A stretch of DNA of 64,000 nucleotides. It comes from the human T2T-CHM13v2.0 reference genome, Homo sapiens. Below, one piece after another: positions 30,605 through 62,059 of this stretch. A program made the position numbers and the translations under genes. Position 1 is the stretch's first letter. Each line of letters begins with the position of its first letter. Location of the stretch: NCBI RefSeq assembly GCF_009914755.1, contig NC_060935.1; one strand, written 5' to 3'. The notes under the pieces are model-generated. The model was given only the letters and a program-made list of their open reading frames with translations. It had not been told where the DNA came from and searched no databases.

Positions 30605-30974
30605 TCAGGAGGCTGAGGCAGGATAATTGCTTGAATCCAGGAGGCGGAGGCCACAGTGAGCGGAGACTGTGCCACTGCACTCCAGCCTAGACGAAAGAGA
30701 CTCCAACTCAAAAAAAAAAAAAAAAAAGTACACTAAAGCCAATAAACATAGACAGAGACCCAACTTCATTAGGGATCAGGCATATGTAAATTAAGATGTT
30801 ATTTTACATTCATTTGACCATCAAAAATTTTAAAGCCTGGCCGGGCGCAGTGACTCACACTTGTAATCCCAGCATTTTGGAAGGATGAGGCAGGTGGATC
30901 AGTTGAGGCCAGAAGTTCAAAACCAGCCTAGCCAACATGGCAAAACCCTGTCTCTACTAAAAATACAAAAATTA

Positions 30975-31288
<314 letters not shown>

Positions 31289-31405
31289 CTATAACCCCAG
31301 CTACTCAGGAGGCTGAGGCACAAGAATCACTTGAAACTGGGAGGCAGTGAGGCAAGATTGCGCCACTACACTCCAGCCTGGGCGACAGAGTGAGACTCCG
31401 TCTCA

Positions 31406-31441
<36 letters not shown>

Positions 31442-31567
31442 AAAGCTTGACTGGAAGTTGTTTTACAGGATTTCTCATATACAGCTGGTGGAAGTGGAAA
31501 AAAAATTTTTAATTTTTTTATTTTTTGAGCCAGAGTCTCACTCTGTTGCCAGGCTGAAGTGCAGTAG

Positions 31568-31672
<105 letters not shown>

Positions 31673-31685
31673 TAATTAAAAATAA

Positions 31686-31901
<216 letters not shown>

Positions 31902-32417
31902 TAACAATCACCTGCCCTATAAACCAGCAATTCTGCTTCTAGATATATGTATATGTGCATGTCTGTGAATGAAAGAAGCCCTTTACACATGATCAACAGG
32001 AGATCTGCATAAGACTGTTTCTAGAAGTCTGTATACAATAGCAAAAAACCCGGAAAAAACCCAAATGCCCATCAACAGCATGAATGAATAAAGTGTGGTA
32101 TATTCACAGGAAAGAATATTACAAAGAGTCAAAGTGAGTGTTTGTATACAGCATCAGCACCTGCAACAATATGAATTAATTTTATCAACGTGATATAAGG
32201 GGATATAAGTCTCACCAGATTATAGAGCATGATATCCTTTTTATAAAGTCAAACATGATAATAAAAGCATACTTTTTAGAAATACAGAGGTACAAAGCAA
32301 TATTAAAATGAGAGCAAAGGAAGAGTGAAAGGAAAATTCCAGATTGTGACTATCTTTGGTCTAGGTACATGTAAATTCTAGCTTTAGGACTGGTGATGCG
32401 TTTACGGGAACTTACTA

Positions 32418-32702
<285 letters not shown>

Positions 32703-33000
32703 TCAAAAAAAAAAAAAAATTAATTGAGGCTGAGCAGAGTGGCTCACGCCTATAATCCCAGCACTTTGGGAGGCCAAGGTGGGAGGATCATTTGAGCCAG
32801 GTGTTCAAGATCAGCCTGGGCAAAATAGCAAGACCCCATTTCTACAAAAATTTTTTTAAAATTAGGTCTAGAGATGCACCCCTGTAGTCCTAGCTACTCT
32901 GGAGGCCAAGGCAGGAGGATCACTTGAGTTCAAGGCTGCAGTGAACTATGATCACACCATGGCACTCTAGCCTGGGTGACAAAGTGAGACTCTGTATCTT

Positions 33001-33016
<16 letters not shown>

Positions 33017-33054
<38 letters not shown>
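33017..33054 (+). repeat. (AT)19 microsatellite after an Alu poly(A)
   Basis: Direct reading. Confidence 0.9.
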
Positions 33055-33060
<6 letters not shown>

Positions 33061-33578
33061 TAATTAAGCCATTCATGAGCCCACAATGAGAGTGTGTCAT
33101 AGGCCAGTGATTATGATTAATCCATTTCCATGCAACTAGGGTCTAAAAAATAAATAATGCTCCCAGAAGATGCATTCTATTTATCTGACTTTATATACTC
33201 TTTGCCATCCCTAGAGATACAAATAATCCAGAACAGGCCTAGGGATAGACTGCCCAAGGTCTGTTTTTTGTTTGTTGCCCTATCGCAAAAGACAGAAAGG
33301 TACAGTGAGTAAGAGCACAGGCTCTGGGGGCCAGACTGCCTGAGGGGGAAGCCTGGTTGCATTCCTTACTACTGTGTGACTAACACTGTTAGGCAAAATT
33401 ACCTCACCTCTCCGTGCTCCAACTTTCACATCTGTGAAATGGCACTAGCCATTATAGTATTATAATACCTGCCGCAGAAAGTTATTATAAGGGCCAGCCA
33501 CGGTGGCTCCCGCCTATAATCCCAGCACTTTGGGAGGCCGAGGCAGACGGATCACCTAAGGTCAGGAGTTTGAGATCA

Positions 33579-33853
<275 letters not shown>

Positions 33854-33900
33854 TCACGCCTGTAATCCCAGCACTTTGGGAGGCCAAAGCGGGCGGATCA

Positions 33901-34206
<306 letters not shown>

Positions 34207-34520
34207 TTACTCAACAAATGTTATTATTATTTTTATTTCTTGCTTCATATCACAGTGAAAAGCTTAGGAAATGCTCTTCCCCCAAGTATATCCTAAACAC
34301 TTCTGGAGTAGGAATATCCCCACAATTCTCTGGGAAGATCTACTGCACCCATGCAGCACAACACCATCCTCCTTAGTAAGGCTGTGTTAGACTGAAGAAA
34401 CAGAATCTGTTTTTTCCTTAAGTACCCTTACATTTTTAAGAAATGACTAGAAGGTTCACACTTGTAATCCCAGCACTTTGGGAGGCCAAGGCGGGCAGAT
34501 CATCTGAGCCCAGGAGTTCA

Positions 34521-34745
<225 letters not shown>

Positions 34746-34751
34746 TCATTA

Positions 34752-34874
<123 letters not shown>

Positions 34875-34895
34875 TCACTTCAGGTCAGGAGTTCA

Positions 34896-35150
<255 letters not shown>

Positions 35151-35784
35151 TCATTATCCAAAATAAACAGCTCAAAATCTCTGGATTCAAAGCTTTTATA
35201 ATTTATAAAAATGAAAACCATTCAAATCTTTATTTGGGGTCTATTTATACTTTGACTACAAGCAATTCTAAGAAACTGAGTTATCTGGTTTCTACAGTGT
35301 TAATACAGTAGAAATCATAATTTAGAAAGAACACAGGGTTCCAGAGATATGATTGGTAACAGAAAAAAAAAAATCACATGTGACAACCTGGGAGAAAAAA
35401 GGCTGAAAAAAATCAGACAAATAATCCATATCAACGCCCATGAACGTATTGTTGCCTCTCAGCAGAAAAAAGTGAATGATGATGATCCTGAATCATGAAG
35501 AAAACATGATACCACGATAAATGTACTGTTTATCAAAAGAGTAGTCTCATATATTTGTCTTAAATATGCCATGAAAATTTTTAAGTAATTTTTTTTTTCT
35601 TGGCAAAATCTCCAGGATTAGTTGCAAATGGACCCAATAAGTAACTAAATGGCTTGGCCTACCCTAAGACAGTTGTTCAGTACAAACCAATTAATCCTCA
35701 AAGAATTGCTGCCAAAATTATAAATAAATGAATTAGCAGAAGTTAACAATCCATTACATAAATAGTGTCATTCAACTAGATTTA

Positions 35785-36178
<394 letters not shown>

Positions 36179-37104
36179 TCAGTAAATAATGGCATAGGTT
36201 TTCATAGCTTTTCTTTTACAGATAGGGACTTACCCTGTCGCCCAGGCTAGAGTGCAGTGGAGTGCCTTTGAAATACTGGACTCACAATCTCAAGTGATCC
36301 TCCTGCTTCAGCCTTCCAAGTAGCTAGGATTATAGGCCTACACCACTGCACATGGCTAATATTCTATTTTTTATTTTTTTGTAGAGACAGGAGTCTCGCT
36401 TTGTTGCCCAGGCTGGTCTTGAACTCCTGAGCTCCAGAAAGTTTCCTGTCTTGGTGTTCCAAAGTGCTGGGATCACACCCATGAGCAACCTCACGCAGTC
36501 TACTACAGCTTTTTCATAAAGGTACCAAAACTTGCCTACACAAGCAATTTCCTGGGGAGGCAATTCACTTCTTCCACAAATGTGGCTACCTTCAGAAATA
36601 ATCTCTGAAAGCTATTCAGAAATAGCCTAATTTTTATTTCAGTCTTAACTCATACATATCATGGGAGGAATTGCTACCATTTCAGATCTGTGCCAGGCAT
36701 AAAGTACTGCAGGAACTTCAAAGATGAATTATCATCTCTGTCCTTAAAAAGGCACTCTCCCAGGCAAGTGATAATTATACTTAACATTACAATATGAGAA
36801 GTGCAATGATGAGGTAGGAACAGGTACACAGAGGGGCACCCAACTGAAAATATGTGTCAGGAGGGACAGAGGAAACAGGGAAGAAGATTTCCTAAGTTGG
36901 TGCTAACAGCGAAAGCAATCCCAGGAGGGAACTACAGGTGCAAAGGCGCAGGTATGGTGTGCACAAGGGAATCACCAGCAGATCAGTGTCTCTGAACCAA
37001 GTGCCAAGTGAGAGAGGGACATTCTGGGAGGTGAGCCTGGAGAGGGAAGTGGGCCAGTGATGGAAAGCCTCCTACCTCATGTCGAGAAGACTGAACTCTC
37101 ACAA

Positions 37105-37385
37105 AATGACAAGTGCCAAATGATTCCATTTATATGAAGTATCTAGAGAAGTCAAATTCATAGAGACAGAAAGTAGAACTGTAGTGGCCAGGGGCTGGGG
37201 AGGGGGAGTGCAGAGTTATTATTTGAAATGTGCAGAGTTTGGGATAATAAACAAGTTCTGGAAACAGATATGGTGATGATTGCACAGTATTACAAATGTA
37301 CTTAATCCCCCTGAATGATACACATAAAAATGGCTAAAATGGTACATTTTATGTTATGCATATTTTACCACAATAAAAAAGAAAA
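37105..37385 (+). mobile_element. L1MB 3' end
   Basis: atgattccatttatatgaagtatctagagaagtcaaattcatagagacagaaagtag...atggtacattttatgttatgcatattttaccacaataaaaaa. Confidence 0.85.
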
Positions 37386-37534
37386 CTTAAAAAAAGTATT
37401 ATGTTCAGGTAAAGAGGAAGAAGAAAGAGGAGAGAAGGGTGAGGAGAGGAGGAGGGGCAGCAGTTTGAGCTCTAACCAATAAACAGTGGCTTTCAGATTT
37501 GTTTTAGCTGCAGAGCCCTTTCTTCACACAGCAT

Positions 37535-37860
37535 TGGTATAGACTTAATATTTGTCTCCTCAAAATTCATATGTTGAAATTTAATCCCTAATGTGATACT
37601 ATTTGGAGGTGGGGCCTCTGGGAGATGATAAGGTCATGAAGGTGGAGTCTACATAAATGGGATTAGTGTCCTTACAAAAGGGACTCCAGGGAGCTCCCAA
37701 ATCCTTTTTACCATGTGAGGACACAGAAAGAAAACAGCTGACTATGAACCAAGGGACACCAAACCTGCAGGCACCTTGGTCTCAGACCTCCCAGCCTCCA
37801 GACTGTGAGAAATAAGTGTCTTTGGCTTGGAAGTTATCCAGTGTACAGTATTATTGTTAT
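37535..37860 (+). mobile_element. MLT1A-like MaLR LTR
   Basis: caaaattcatatgttgaaatttaatccc...ggaggtggggcctctgggag...cccagcctccagactgtgagaaataa. Confidence 0.8.
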
Positions 37861-38678
37861 TAATCTGGCATAAAAGCCCAACTATAAAACGATCAATAGC
37901 AGCACACCCTGGTGGGTGCCAGAGGCCAGCCCAGAAGCCCACCAGCTCCTATCCCCTACTTGTTTCCCATGGTGAACCCTAAGGAACCTCCAGGGAACCC
38001 CAAGAGCTCCTCCGGTTTGCAAACCACTAGGGTAGGTGATGGGAAGAATCCCAAAAGGTTTTCAGCCTGAGCATAATGCAGTGAGATTTCTTTCTTTTTT
38101 TCTTTTAATTTTTTTGAGTAAACTAGTCATATCACATGAGATTTTTGAAAGAGTAAAGCAGCTCTGGATTTTAGAAACAAATGAAACTATCTCAGCTCTG
38201 CCTCTCACCAGCCAAGTGTCCTGGGTAAGTTACTTACCTGCTCTGTCTGTCAAAACAGAATAAAAAACCTATTTTTGTAGGATTGTCATGAGGATTGATG
38301 AAATATAAGTAGGGTGCCTGATACACAGCGAATTCTCATTTGATGACAGCCATTAATACTCTTTCGTTTTATTAGGCATCACTCTGACTTCTGTGTAGCG
38401 AGATGATTGGGGTCGGGGATAGATGGAGGCATGGATGGAAGCTATTACAACAGTCTAAGTGAGAGATGATAAAGGCTTGAACTGAATTAGTCACAATAGG
38501 GATTGAGGCCAGGTGCGGTGGCTCACGTCTGTAATCCCAGCACTTTGGGAGGCCGAGGTGGGCAGATCACCTGAAGTCAGGAGTTTGAGACCAGCCTGGC
38601 CAACATGGTGAAACTCCGTCTCTACTAAAAATGCAAAAACTAGCCAGGCATGGTGGCAGGCACCTGTAATTCCAGCTA

Positions 38679-38883
<205 letters not shown>

Positions 38884-39502
38884 TCAACCAGAAGAAAGAA
38901 GCAAACAAAAGAAGGAATAACCCAAAGGTTGTCTAGAACTGGTCTAGGGGAAGAAGGAGACTACAGCCTGGGGCAGAAAGAGGAACCAGAGGCCCAGTGG
39001 AGGGCATGCTGGAGAAAAGCTTTTCAATTCCAGTCTTACCTCTCCCTACAGTACATGTCTGCCCCTTTAACAACTCCCTCCAGTGTTGAGAAATTAATAA
39101 AACAGGTTCAGGCTGTCCAGCCAGCAATCATTCCTCACCTACCCTCTCCAAGCTCCTTGGGCTAATGGGCTGTAACCTAGAGAGACTGCCTCCTCCTTCT
39201 TTCAGAGCAGCTGATAGGAATAGCTTAATGGACAGTCACTGAACAACAGAAATCAAGGGTGATTCTGTAGTGCCCAAGATTGCTCCATCCTGGGGTGCAT
39301 CCCCTCCCCTCTACCTAGAGGGACTCAGACCCAAGCCTGGCTATCATCTCTTTCTTCAGCACATAGGGGACATGTATGAGAGTGGTCATCACAGTGATGT
39401 TTGTGGAGGCTGGGAGTTGGAAGCTGTCTGGTTGTCTAACACTGGTGGATGGACCACGGAACCACAGAATACTCTGTAGCAGGTAAAAACAATAGACTAA
39501 AT

Positions 39503-40660
<1,158 letters not shown>

Positions 40661-41247
40661 AGATGAAAAAAACAACATGACTGGGTCACAAACATATAAT
40701 GCAGAGTGGAAATTTTTTCTAAAAAAAAGGGATGTAATCCTTTATACAATGCCTATTGGAATTAAGGATTCATTCTCAGCCATGCATCCCATATTTTTTG
40801 TGAATCTATTGCAAGGTCAGTAATGTAACAATCAGAATATACAATGGCCATAACTAGATATGATTCCTGACTCCTGGAGTCTAGTAGAATGGGCAGATAG
40901 TAAATAATTTCATAGTAAAAAGGGGGAAGGGAGAAGAATTTATGGAGACTAGTAGAATCCAGAGTTCCCCAATTCCCCAGGGAACTGCACAAGCCACAAA
41001 AGATCCCTAACTTTACATCTTTGTTTAAATAACACTATAAACAATACCCTTCAGCAGGGATACATACCAGCTTGGGATTTATGCTGCATACACAGTGAGA
41101 GCTCAATAGATGTCTGTTGATTGGATAAAGTCTGCACAGTTAAGCACAACTAAATGACTCCTTCAAAAATGTCTAGGACTTTACCCTGTGGAAGGCGGAA
41201 ACCAAAATGAAAGGAGAAAGCACAGGTGTATCCCAGACCTGTTGCTA

Positions 41248-42152
<905 letters not shown>

Positions 42153-42572
42153 CAAAGTAATGTGGGTGTAGACTGACCACCTATTATCCTTCCCTCCTCC
42201 AGCCCATGCCCCCTTCACACCAAGCTACTTGAAGTTCCTTAAGCAAAACACTTTCTGGCACTTTCAAGCCTAGACTACCCTTCCTCACCTAGGCCACCTG
42301 GAAAACTCATTCAGGCTTCATAATCACGATCACCTTCCCTCTCAAGCTCCCTAACCCTATCTCACCCTGGTAGACTTGGTCTCTGCCCTTTTTTGTGCCA
42401 TTGCTGAACCTTGCACTTATCTTTATAGCACTTATCATAACTTTTTATCATAATTTGATGATGAGCTTTCACTAGAGCAGGAACTTAGTCCTATTCGTTA
42501 TGGCCAAAGAGACAAGTCTGAAGCCTAGAACATTACAGATGTCCAAGGCTTGGTGAATGAAAGAATCAATGA

Positions 42573-42914
<342 letters not shown>

Positions 42915-43072
42915 CTACAAAAGGAACATGATAAAACTCATGCCCTTGAAAAGCTTATTTATCTATTTGATGGGAAAAAGATAAATATATAAAATAATAA
43001 TTAAAGGTTTTTGCTAGAGATATAAAGTTGATGGTTGTTACAAGGAATACGCGTTTTTAAAATATATGAATA

Positions 43073-45284
<2,212 letters not shown>

Positions 45285-45419
45285 TCATTGTTAATTCTTA
45301 TCACATCTTGTTAAACATACATCTTGCCATATCATCTGCCCCAGCCTCAAGGCCACTGGCATCTCCTGAAGCAATCACCAAATGTTCCCATCACCCAAGA
45401 ATAGAGAGCTAATGGTGAC

Positions 45420-46605
<1,186 letters not shown>

Positions 46606-47269
46606 CCTCCCAGCTGAGAACTTTTAACAAATGTATCAGGACATACACAACTGGATGCTACAAGGTGGTTTTCGGCCAACTTTCCCCTTTAAACACATGC
46701 ATCAATTTCAAACTATTTATATGATAAAAAATGCTTACACCTTTATCGATCTCGTTTTTAAAATGGTATGGCTTTTCAGGACTATCTTTCACAATCGTTA
46801 AAGGGAAATTCGCTTTGTTAATATGAAAAAAATATCAAATATCTGTTTCATGAGTTGTCAGTGGCCAACGCTGTTTAGACTACGGCTTGAACGCATCACC
46901 CCTTAAAGATCATCTTGTGGCCTTGGGCAAATTGCTTAGCCTTCTTTGTTTCTCCAGCGGCAAAGTGGATATAACAATAGTACCATCTCCTAAAGTGGTG
47001 AGGATTAGCTGATATTATCCATATAAATTGTTATGCACAGTACCTGACACAGAGCGAGTGCCCAGTAAATGTCTTTCACTATTTAGGTCCTGGGTTCTCT
47101 CATTTCCAGAGTGCAAGTCCTCCAGCAACCACAGAAACGCTTTCTAGAGTCGCTGCCCACTCCTTAAAAACATTTGTCCCTACTTCGCACAGAGCATAGT
47201 GATACCACAAACAGGCTTCCCTGGACCCCAGCCCTGGGGGTGGCTATATCACCTCGCTCAGGCCCAGGA

Positions 47270-48075
47270 AGAGAGAGCCGGCTCTGGTCTCCCACCCGGC
47301 AGCAGCACAAAACTTAACCAGGATTTCTCACTTCGGTCAACTCTTGAATCACCGCGCCCAGTCTGGCTGGCTCGGCAGCAGATGGAATGAGGGCGCCGGC
47401 GCCAGGAAGTGGCGCTCACCCACCTGCCCAGCCCGAGGTGGGCACTCCTCCTTCACAGCATCCCCGGGGACCTCGTCCCTCCACCGCGGAACGCCCCAGA
47501 GGACCGACCTAATAGTGCCAACAGGGTGGATTTCCCCCCAAATCCTCCAAAATACATCGCCACGATTTCGAAACGGGAGCCGAGGGAGACGCACCAAGTG
47601 CTTCCCGAGGCCAGGTGAAGCGCACCATACCTGGTGTGCGTGTTGAGCCCCGAACCGAAGTCCGTGCGGCCGCCACCTCTGCCTCCCTGCTGGGGGCCTC
47701 AGAGAGTGTGCTCCTTGTCCACGTGCGCGCAGGGCCCGCAGCCGCCCCCACGCCCCAGCGGAGCTGCAGCACGCCCCTTCCACTCACCAGGTGAAGAGTT
47801 TGCCTTTTATCCTGCGCAGCAGGCTGGAGAACTCGGCCGCCGCTCCCTCCGCGAGGGGCTCTGGGGCGCCGGGGCCCGCTGGCGAGTCTGCCTCCATCGG
47901 CGCCCTTGCGCGTCTCCGGCGCCCAAAACCCCCGAAGTGCCGGGTCCCGGAAGACGGGAGGCGGCGCCTGTGCGGCCGGCTGGGGCTCCGCTCTGGCCCT
48001 GCGCTCCCTCCCTCGCTCGCTTGCTCGCGTCCCTCTCGCTCCTCCGCTCGGCTCCTTCAGCGACCAATCATTAAC
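47270..48075 (-). promoter_or_regulatory. CpG island / SLC35F2 promoter and 5' UTR
   Basis: High GC and unsuppressed CpG around the start codon; CCAAT box gaccaatca (48062-48070), ETS-type ccggaag (47947-47953) and caggaagt (47403-47410), E-box CACGTG (47720-47725) overlapping NRF1-like TGCGCGCA (47724-47731). TSS cannot be read from sequence. Confidence 0.88.
47788..47897 (-). CDS. SLC35F2: SLC35F2 coding exon 1 (110 nt; [36 protein letters not shown] + first 2 nt of W37)
   Basis: Hand translation from ATG at 47897 gives the recognised SLC35F2 N-terminus; consensus donor TG|GTGAGT at 47788/47787; phase 2 matches exon 2. Confidence 0.96.
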
Positions 48076-48431
48076 TGTCAAGCCCTAAGGGCCAGACAAT
48101 ACATTTGCAGATTACAACCTGGCACCTCCAGGGTGGCAGGAGGAGAAAGGGCAATTTTTTTTTCGTCTTGGCAGCCGAGCCTTATTGTTGAGCGGCACCC
48201 AGTGTGCCTTCAGGTTTTTAGGGTTCCTTGTTTGAAATCACAAGATACAGTGACACGAGGTTATTGTAGGTGATTCCTAAGCTAAGAAGCGGTGAGTGAG
48301 CAGTGAGTTAGAAGCAGTGAGTGAGCCGGGACTCTCCTAACTGGAAGGACTGGCTGACCCCTCCTCTTCCCTCCCACTCTCCCTCCCTCTGGCTGATTTG
48401 TACAAAATCGCTTCATTAAAATAACTGAAGG

Positions 48432-48734
48432 CTGGCAGGGCGCGTTGGCTCACACCTGTAATCCCAACGCTTTGGGAGGCCGAGACGGGTGGATCACCTG
48501 AGGTCAGGAGTTCGAGACCAGACTGGGAAATATGGTGAAACCCCGTCTCTACTAAAAATACAAAAATTAGCCGGGCGTGGTGACGGGTGCCTGTAGTCCC
48601 AGCTACTTGAGAGGCTGAGGCAGGAGAATCGCTTGAACCCAGGAGGCGGCGGTTGTGAGCCAAGATCGCGCCTTTGCACTCCAGCCTGGGCAACAGAGGG
48701 AGACGTCGTCTTAAAAAAAAAAAAAAAAAAAAAA
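48432..48734 (+). mobile_element. AluS immediately upstream of the promoter; TSD-like aa(c)ctgaaggc
   Basis: Full CpG-rich dimer. Confidence 0.88.
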
Positions 48735-49370
48735 CCTGAAGGCGCTTCAGGTCTGTGTCGCTTTTCCCTGCAAAACATGGGTAAGATCCTAAAAAGATCT
48801 TGGAAACGTGCCTTTGTGGCGTGGATGGAGGCGTGGCTCATTCCTCGCGGTGTGTTGGTTTTGTCTTTCAGTATTCAGTTGTCTCCGCCGTGCCAGGGAG
48901 AGAGACGGTGCCAACCCCCGGCGCTCGGCTTGGATGCCCTGCCCTGGCCACGCCTTCCGAGGCTTCCACGGGCTAAAGAGGGATTAAGAGACACTAAGCT
49001 GGGGTCGAAAAGTTCCTGTCACTGACCCCCTGCTTCCGGAAAGGAGGAGATCCAGAAAACAAAAGAAAAGGTGTTGGGACCTTTTATTTTTTCCTGGCCA
49101 CCTGCTTTGGGGGTTGGGGTGGGTCAAAATAAACGTAGGTTCAAATAGACAGGCTGTGCAGACGAGCTGGCAATTCTGTAAGAGGAGTCTAAGAAAAAAA
49201 ACAGCTTTCGAAAATGAAATATTACTTCAGGAACCCCAAGTTTAGCAGCTGCAGGAACCTCAAAAAAACCTTTGAAACTAAGAACGTGGTCATCCGTAGA
49301 GACCAATTAAGTATTATAATACAAGCATATTATGAAACAAGAGGACATTAGAAGCACATTTAAGATGTCA

Positions 49371-49836
<466 letters not shown>

Positions 49837-50140
49837 TCAAAGATTTTGGTTGAATTTCTCTTCCTCCCTCATACCTCTGAACTTTCACCCACCCTGACCC
49901 TGAGCCGCAGGTAACCCCTCCTTAATAGCCCCTCCTGAGAAGTTGGCCTCAGGGTGAAACATTCTCTAATCTATTATCCAGTGGAGAGCCACCTTTTCAT
50001 TCCACTTCCCACCAGTAGGGAATAGGCCCCCTCCTACTGCAGGAACCCTTCCCCACAGTCCCCACCCATCCCCATTTGCAATAATCCCTACAAATAAAGT
50101 CTCTCCTTAACCAAATTTGATTTTTTATTTGCAATATATA

Positions 50141-50455
50141 CAGTAGTCACCTCCTTACCTGAGGTTTTGATTTCCACGGTTTTAGTTACCACAGCCAATT
50201 ACCCTCTGAAAATAGGTGACTAGAGTATAGTAAGATATTTTGAGAGAGAGACCACATTCACATAACTTTTATTACAGTATATTGTTATAATTGTTCTATT
50301 TTATTATGAGTTGTTAATTTCTTACTGTGCCAATTTTATAAATTAAATTTTATTATAGGTATGTGTAGGAAAAAAGTATATACTGTATAGGGCTAAATAC
50401 TCTCTGCAGTTTCAGACACCCACCGGGGGTCTTGAAACATAAGGGAGGACTACTA
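50141..50455. mobile_element. MER44A-like TcMar-Tigger MITE
   Basis: Terminal inverted repeats cagtagtc...gactact; internal gagagagaccacattcacataacttttattacagtatattgttataattgttcta. Confidence 0.85.
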
Positions 50456-50542
50456 TGTTTGATTATGTGAGTATGAAGAAAAATAGAAGATACACGTCAA
50501 CACCAGTAACTTTAAAAGAGGGTGGGGGGCCAGGCACAGTAG

Positions 50543-50986
<444 letters not shown>

Positions 50987-51075
50987 TGAGCCACCACGCC
51001 CGCCAATAGAGTCCCTGTTATGTCAAATGTATGCCTTTGTATAAATACATGAAATTAAAAGATGAATTTAGACAT

Positions 51076-52029
<954 letters not shown>

Positions 52030-52406
52030 GATGTGTATACACTAATTTATAGAAATCAGGGTACACTGTCAAGTGAAAAAAGCAAAATTTTAGGGTAACT
52101 GTATAATACAGTTACATTTTAATAAAAGCTACCAACTAAATATCTTTATATATACATATATTAATACATTGATAGACATATATTTATATTTGCTGTGTTT
52201 ATTATATAAGCAAGAAAAAGGATTTGGAAGAATACATAACAGGTTATTGATAATGGTTAAATCATGTGAGTGGTTGGGGATGGGGCGGGGAATGAATAAG
52301 GGGGTGAGAGATTGCCATATATATCTTCATTTTGTGCTCTTGCTATGAGCATATACTGCCTTTGCAATTTAAAAAATGTACAATTAAGACATTTTTCAAT
52401 AGGTCA

Positions 52407-52721
<315 letters not shown>

Positions 52722-53149
52722 TCAAACAAACAAACAAACAAAACATATTAGGCTCAACATGTCACCCCCAGGAGACACTGGGGCCAGGAAATATAATTAA
52801 CCACTGACATGGATTCTAAAGTTATGGACAAAATTATATGTATTTCTTAAACACAAATCCTCCTCAAAAAGTGGCAATAGTAGTACTGCTCTAGCATTGC
52901 TCCAAAATGAGCTCATCCCTGCTGAGGAGTATTGATCAGTCTACCTTATTTTGGTATCAGAATTAAAATACATTGAGTGGATCTGTGGGCACCGATCCAC
53001 AAGTTTATGTCAATGGAAATTTACTGGAAAAATAAGTTAGGTGTTGAGGATTTGTTTTGCACATAATAACTTTACTTCTTACAATTACAAAATAACAGCT
53101 ACCACTTATTGAGTGCCTACTGTGTGCCAGATAATTTAGATTTTCTATT

Positions 53150-54620
<1,471 letters not shown>

Positions 54621-54956
54621 AATGCTTTGCAAATTGCTCTCAGGCATAATTAATACTGTTTTTCAGGTGAGTAAGCTAAAATTCAGAAAAGAATAAGTAA
54701 ATTGTCCAAGATCTTCAGAATAGTAACTGATTGATACTGACATTAAAAGCACCAAGCTGTCTTTCCAATTTAATTGACAAGCATGTATGAGCCTCTTTCC
54801 CAGTATCTTTTTCTCATTGCTTGTAAAAATAATTATAAATAGATATACTTTTTAGATCTCACCAAATACAACATACTGAATAAGAAAAGCTATGATAGTC
54901 ACATCCACATTAAGATTACCATCCATTTAAAAAAATAATAAGACTGTAGTTCTAAG

Positions 54957-55955
<999 letters not shown>

Positions 55956-55960
55956 ACTAA

Positions 55961-59970
<4,010 letters not shown>

Positions 59971-60242
59971 TAAGCCTACAATGCCTGCCTGTTGTATTTA
60001 GCATGAAATTTAGGCTCCTTGCTCTAGCTTAAATGCGCTGCCTAACTCTTCAACCTGCATACTGTGTTCTTTCTCTTTCCCTTTATTTCTATTGTCTCAT
60101 TTCCTCTGCCCGGAATAATCTGCCTTCAGATCTAAGCATAGTCTTAGGTCCAGTGTTGCCTCCTTAGAGAAGATGTCCTTGACTTAATCCACTGGTTCCC
60201 AGTCTCTCCCTATCAAATTGATAGGTTACATTTTCATCATAG

Positions 60243-60632
<390 letters not shown>

Positions 60633-60969
60633 TGATCCACCCGCCTCGGCCACCAAAGTGCTGGGATTATAGGCATGAGCCACCGCATCCGGCTGGGATT
60701 TATTTTTTATTTCTGACTTTTGGAATGGGAAAGACTATGCTATGCCTATGCCATCATTGTATTTTGGAAGCAGATAACTTGTCTGGTTTTATAGATTCAC
60801 AGCTGGGGAGGAATTTTGCCTCAGGACAAATCATAACTCCTATGAGTCTCACTCATACCTGATTTAGATTATATTTTGTGCTTACACTTGATGCTGAAAT
60901 GAGTTAAGATTTCTGGCACAGTTAGAACAGGGTGAGCGTATGAATTTGGAGGAGAGGTGGACGGAGGGC

Positions 60970-61633
<664 letters not shown>

Positions 61634-62059
61634 GAAATTATCTAAAATTATCTTGTTCTTAGATTACTTATATTGTGTTCTCCCACCCACAGAGAATTTC
61701 CTGCCCATCTATGGAGAACAGCCCCATAAGTATCTTGAGAATCATGTTAGCACTCAAAAGAAGCTAAATCATAAAGTGACCTCCCAAAAACATATATTTA
61801 TCTTTTCATACACATCTTCCATGAATTTTAATGTATTAATCTCAGTGCCTCTCTCACTGCCTTTTCCTTTCTTCACTCTTCTGCACCCACTTAACAACCA
61901 CTATCCCTCTAGCCAGACCAAGTTACTTACAGCTCGTGAACTACAACATGCCATTTTGCACAGCTATACCTTTCCGTTAGATTAAGGGGAAGTCTTATCC
62001 TTCAACAGTAAGCAAAGGGATTCCTTCCTCTGGGAACTCTTTTTTAATCCTCTCTATAT

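Noticed and set aside
47898-48056. In-frame N-terminal extension of SLC35F2
   Set aside because: Frame is open for 53 codons but has no in-frame ATG, CTG, GTG, TTG or ACG
47344-48273. Overlapping 100-190 aa ORFs in the CpG island
   Set aside because: Stop-codon depletion in GC-rich DNA, mostly non-ATG starts; the real coding frame is 47897-47788
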